From: Vibrio vulnificus CMCP6
Lineage (GTDB): Bacteria; Pseudomonadota; Gammaproteobacteria; Enterobacterales; Vibrionaceae
Reading direction: 5' to 3'
DNA length: 32,000 nt
Assembly (NCBI RefSeq): GCF_000039765.1
Contig: NC_004460.2
Location: forward strand, 1,440,001-1,472,000
Shown here: one piece after another, positions 30,189-32,000 of the stretch
Layout of the letters: the number at the start of each line of letters is the position of its first letter
How positions within the stretch are numbered: position 1 is the first letter of the stretch
Notes under the pieces: generated by a model
Database searches by the model: none
What the model saw: only the letters and a program-made list of their open reading frames with translations
Told to the model about the DNA's origin: nothing
Program-made: the position numbers and the translations under genes

Positions 30189-30668
30189 ATGTTAAAAATT
30201 ATAATAAATGGCGTTAAGGAAATTAGATCAAAATCTCAACTCTTTTTTCTATCTCTTGGCTCACTTCTTCTCTCACTATTTCTATTCTATTTATTTTCAC
30301 TACCTCAAATTTCACTTCTAATCTCAGTCGAGAAAGAAATATCAGGCTATACAAACTTTGATATCGTATGCAAGTCTAGGAAACCACAAGCAATAAAAAT
30401 AGCTGAATACTCATTAGATTTAGATTACGAAAAATGTAAGGAAATACAAAAAACCAAAGGAGAAATAATTATAAAAGTTTATGAGTCAGAGTTTTACTCG
30501 AAAATATCTGAACTATATACCAATAACATCAAAGTAATAAGCAAAGACCACTCTTATCGCTATTACTTATTTTCCATATTATTAGGATTACTTTGGCTAT
30601 CAATAAGCCTTCTACTTCTAACCATGTCAGTAATATATGCTATTTACTTTCTCAAAAGATTAAAATGA
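30189..30668 (+). CDS. Small membrane protein of unknown function (two predicted TM segments) in an AT-rich cassette
   Basis: 159 aa. It has an N-terminal hydrophobic segment (LFFLSLGSLLLSLFLFYLF) and a C-terminal one (YYLFSILLGLLWLSISLLLLTMSVIYAIYF). The RBS is weak. I recognise no family. Confidence 0.45.
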   Translation: MLKIIINGVKEIRSKSQLFFLSLGSLLLSLFLFYLFSLPQISLLISVEKEISGYTNFDIVCKSRKPQAIKIAEYSLDLDYEKCKEIQKTKGEIIIKVYESEFYSKISELYTNNIKVISKDHSYRYYLFSILLGLLWLSISLLLLTMSVIYAIYFLKRLK

Positions 30669-30787
30669 AAATGGATGAAATATGTCCATATATGGGCGAT
30701 GAAGAATGTGTTGAAAACAGAACAACAAACAATGAGGCTTGTATCCCCTATGGGAAAGGGTATAGCAATGGCTCTCGCCTCATTTAG
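30665..30787 (+). CDS. Possible 40-aa Cys-containing peptide overlapping the upstream stop (ATGA)
   Basis: MKMDEICPYMGDEECVENRTTNNEACIPYGKGYSNGSRLI. There is no convincing SD. It is supported only by the ATGA overlap and the shared AT-rich composition. Confidence 0.25.
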   Translation: MKMDEICPYMGDEECVENRTTNNEACIPYGKGYSNGSRLI

Positions 30788-30970
30788 CGATTAGAAAGCG
30801 ATGCAGGCTAATTCCCCGTGAATCTGCCACTCTCGGTTTGTCCCAACTAAAAGTCAAAAATCGAGCAACCGTTGGCAATCAAATGCGCCGAAATCACTGG
30901 ATAATAGCCATAGCGCCATCATTCATCGCCCCATCTTCTGTTTGTGTATGAGGACAACATGCCAATCCCC

Positions 30971-30999
30971 TTTAGCTCATCGCGGCTTTGCTCTATAAT
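30971..30999 (+). promoter_or_regulatory. Candidate sigma70 promoter of the methyltransferase gene
   Basis: A consensus -10 TATAAT at 30994-30999 with a weak -35 (TTTAGC, 17-nt spacer), 28 nt upstream of ATG 31027. Confidence 0.45.
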
Positions 31000-31026
31000 T
31001 CGCACGCTTTTATCTGGGACAATGCA

Positions 31027-31761
31027 ATGATTTCAAAAAACCAACTAAAACTGCTTCGAGCTTTGGGGCAAAAGAAACAGCGCAAAGCGCTTGGCTTATT
31101 TCTGGTTCAAGGTGAAAAAAATGTCCTTGAGTTGGCCAACAGCACGCTCAAGGTGAAACAGGTGTTTGCCACGGCAGAGTTTCTACAGCAACATGCGGTT
31201 GAGCTGGCAGGTTATGAATGCATTGAAGCATCGCTGGACGATTTGACGAAGGCGAGCACGCTGGTGAGCAACAACGCGGCGATTGCGGTGGTAGAAATCC
31301 CTGCGATTGAAACGCCAAAAGCACAAGGTTTGATGATCGCCCTTGATGGTGTGTCTGACCCCGGTAACCTTGGCACCATCATCCGCGTGGCGGATTGGTA
31401 TGGCATCAAACACATTATTGCCAGCAGCGATTGTGCCGACCCATACAACCCGAAAACCATCAGTGCCACCATGGGCAGCTTTGGCCGTGTGCAGGTGAGC
31501 CTGGTTGATCTGCCCAGTTACTTAGAGCAGGCAAATTTGCCAATTTATGGTGCGTTTCTTGAAGGGGAAAGTGTTCACAAAACGACGTTCTCAGCGCAAG
31601 GCATTTTGCTGATGGGCAGTGAATCTCACGGTGTTCGTGAACAAGCGTCGAAGCTCGTCACCGACAAGATCACCATTCCGACGTTTGGTGGGGCAGAATC
31701 GCTCAATGTGGCGATGGCAACGGGCATTATTCTCGACAATATTCGCCGTCAGCACAGTTAA
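31027..31761 (+). CDS. TrmH/SpoU-family RNA 2'-O-methyltransferase
   Basis: SPOUT motifs are present (DPGNLGTIIRVADWYG, LLMGSESHGV, ESLNVAMATGIIL). I start at ATG 31027 (MISKNQLKLL...), because the track's TTG 30988 overlaps the -10 box. Confidence 0.85.
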   Translation: MISKNQLKLLRALGQKKQRKALGLFLVQGEKNVLELANSTLKVKQVFATAEFLQQHAVELAGYECIEASLDDLTKASTLVSNNAAIAVVEIPAIETPKAQGLMIALDGVSDPGNLGTIIRVADWYGIKHIIASSDCADPYNPKTISATMGSFGRVQVSLVDLPSYLEQANLPIYGAFLEGESVHKTTFSAQGILLMGSESHGVREQASKLVTDKITIPTFGGAESLNVAMATGIILDNIRRQHS

Positions 31762-31831
31762 GCGTATAGTTTTGCTGCTGTGAAATAATAAGTGGTTTCA
31801 ATAGCAAACCGTTTACTTGAAATAGCAAAAA

Positions 31832-31858
31832 AGCGTCGTGGAATACGACGCTTTTTTA
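31832..31858. terminator. Bidirectional rho-independent terminator
   Basis: AAAAAAGCGTCGT-ggaat-ACGACGCTTTTTT, with an A-run and a T-run flanking an 8-bp stem. It lies between the methyltransferase stop and a converging minus-strand ORF. Confidence 0.8.
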
Positions 31859-31909
31859 TTGAATCCGTTTTTCTCGAATCTGGTTAACCCATCGATTCGC
31901 TGGGAAAAC

Positions 31910-32000
31910 TTATCTTTCGAGCATGTCCAACTTGTTTGGCACGCCATTCCACTTTTCTGCCTCATCCATTGCTGGCTTCACTTCGGTTTGTACTGGCCAG
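31910..32000 (-). CDS. 3' end of an unidentified minus-strand gene running off the window
   Basis: The frame is open from the window edge to TAA (complement of 31910-31912), reading ...WPVQTEVKPAMDEAEKWNGVPNKLDMLER. Only 30 codons are visible and I do not recognise it. Confidence 0.3.
   Translation of the reverse strand, partial: WPVQTEVKPAMDEAEKWNGVPNKLDMLER

Overview
The window looks like a Vibrio-type (Vibrionaceae) chromosomal segment; this is inferred from protein similarity and about 50% G+C, and was not searched. It has three parts.

(1) 1-6.3 kb is an accessory patch:
- a truncated membrane protein;
- a DUF1778/GNAT (TacAT-like) toxin-antitoxin cassette bracketed by two identical 34-bp terminator hairpins;
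- an orphan secreted protein;
- a markedly AT-rich islet with one gene for a membrane-anchored DUF4041 + T5orf172 (GIY-YIG-like) nuclease, my top candidate for a phage-defence function;
- an alpha/beta-hydrolase gene split by a 1-nt frameshift.

(2) 6.3-14.4 kb is housekeeping or regulatory:
- an RluA-family pseudouridine synthase with an unexplained ~360-aa N-terminal extension;
- a GAF-GGDEF diguanylate cyclase;
- a tetR-MFP-RND efflux operon.

(3) 14.4-29.7 kb is a galactoside utilisation supercluster:
- galR/galS-like repressor and mglBAC;
- a LamB-type porin, MalM-like lipoprotein and lacZ operon;
- a GH36 alpha-galactosidase and melB.
- At least five near-palindromic TGnAAnCGnTTnCA operators link these units.

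The right end has a MITE-like 27-bp inverted-repeat element, a second small AT-rich cassette (2-TM protein plus a possible 40-aa Cys-containing peptide), a TrmH-family RNA methyltransferase, and a fragment of a further gene. I found no rRNA, tRNA, CRISPR array, transposase or integrase.
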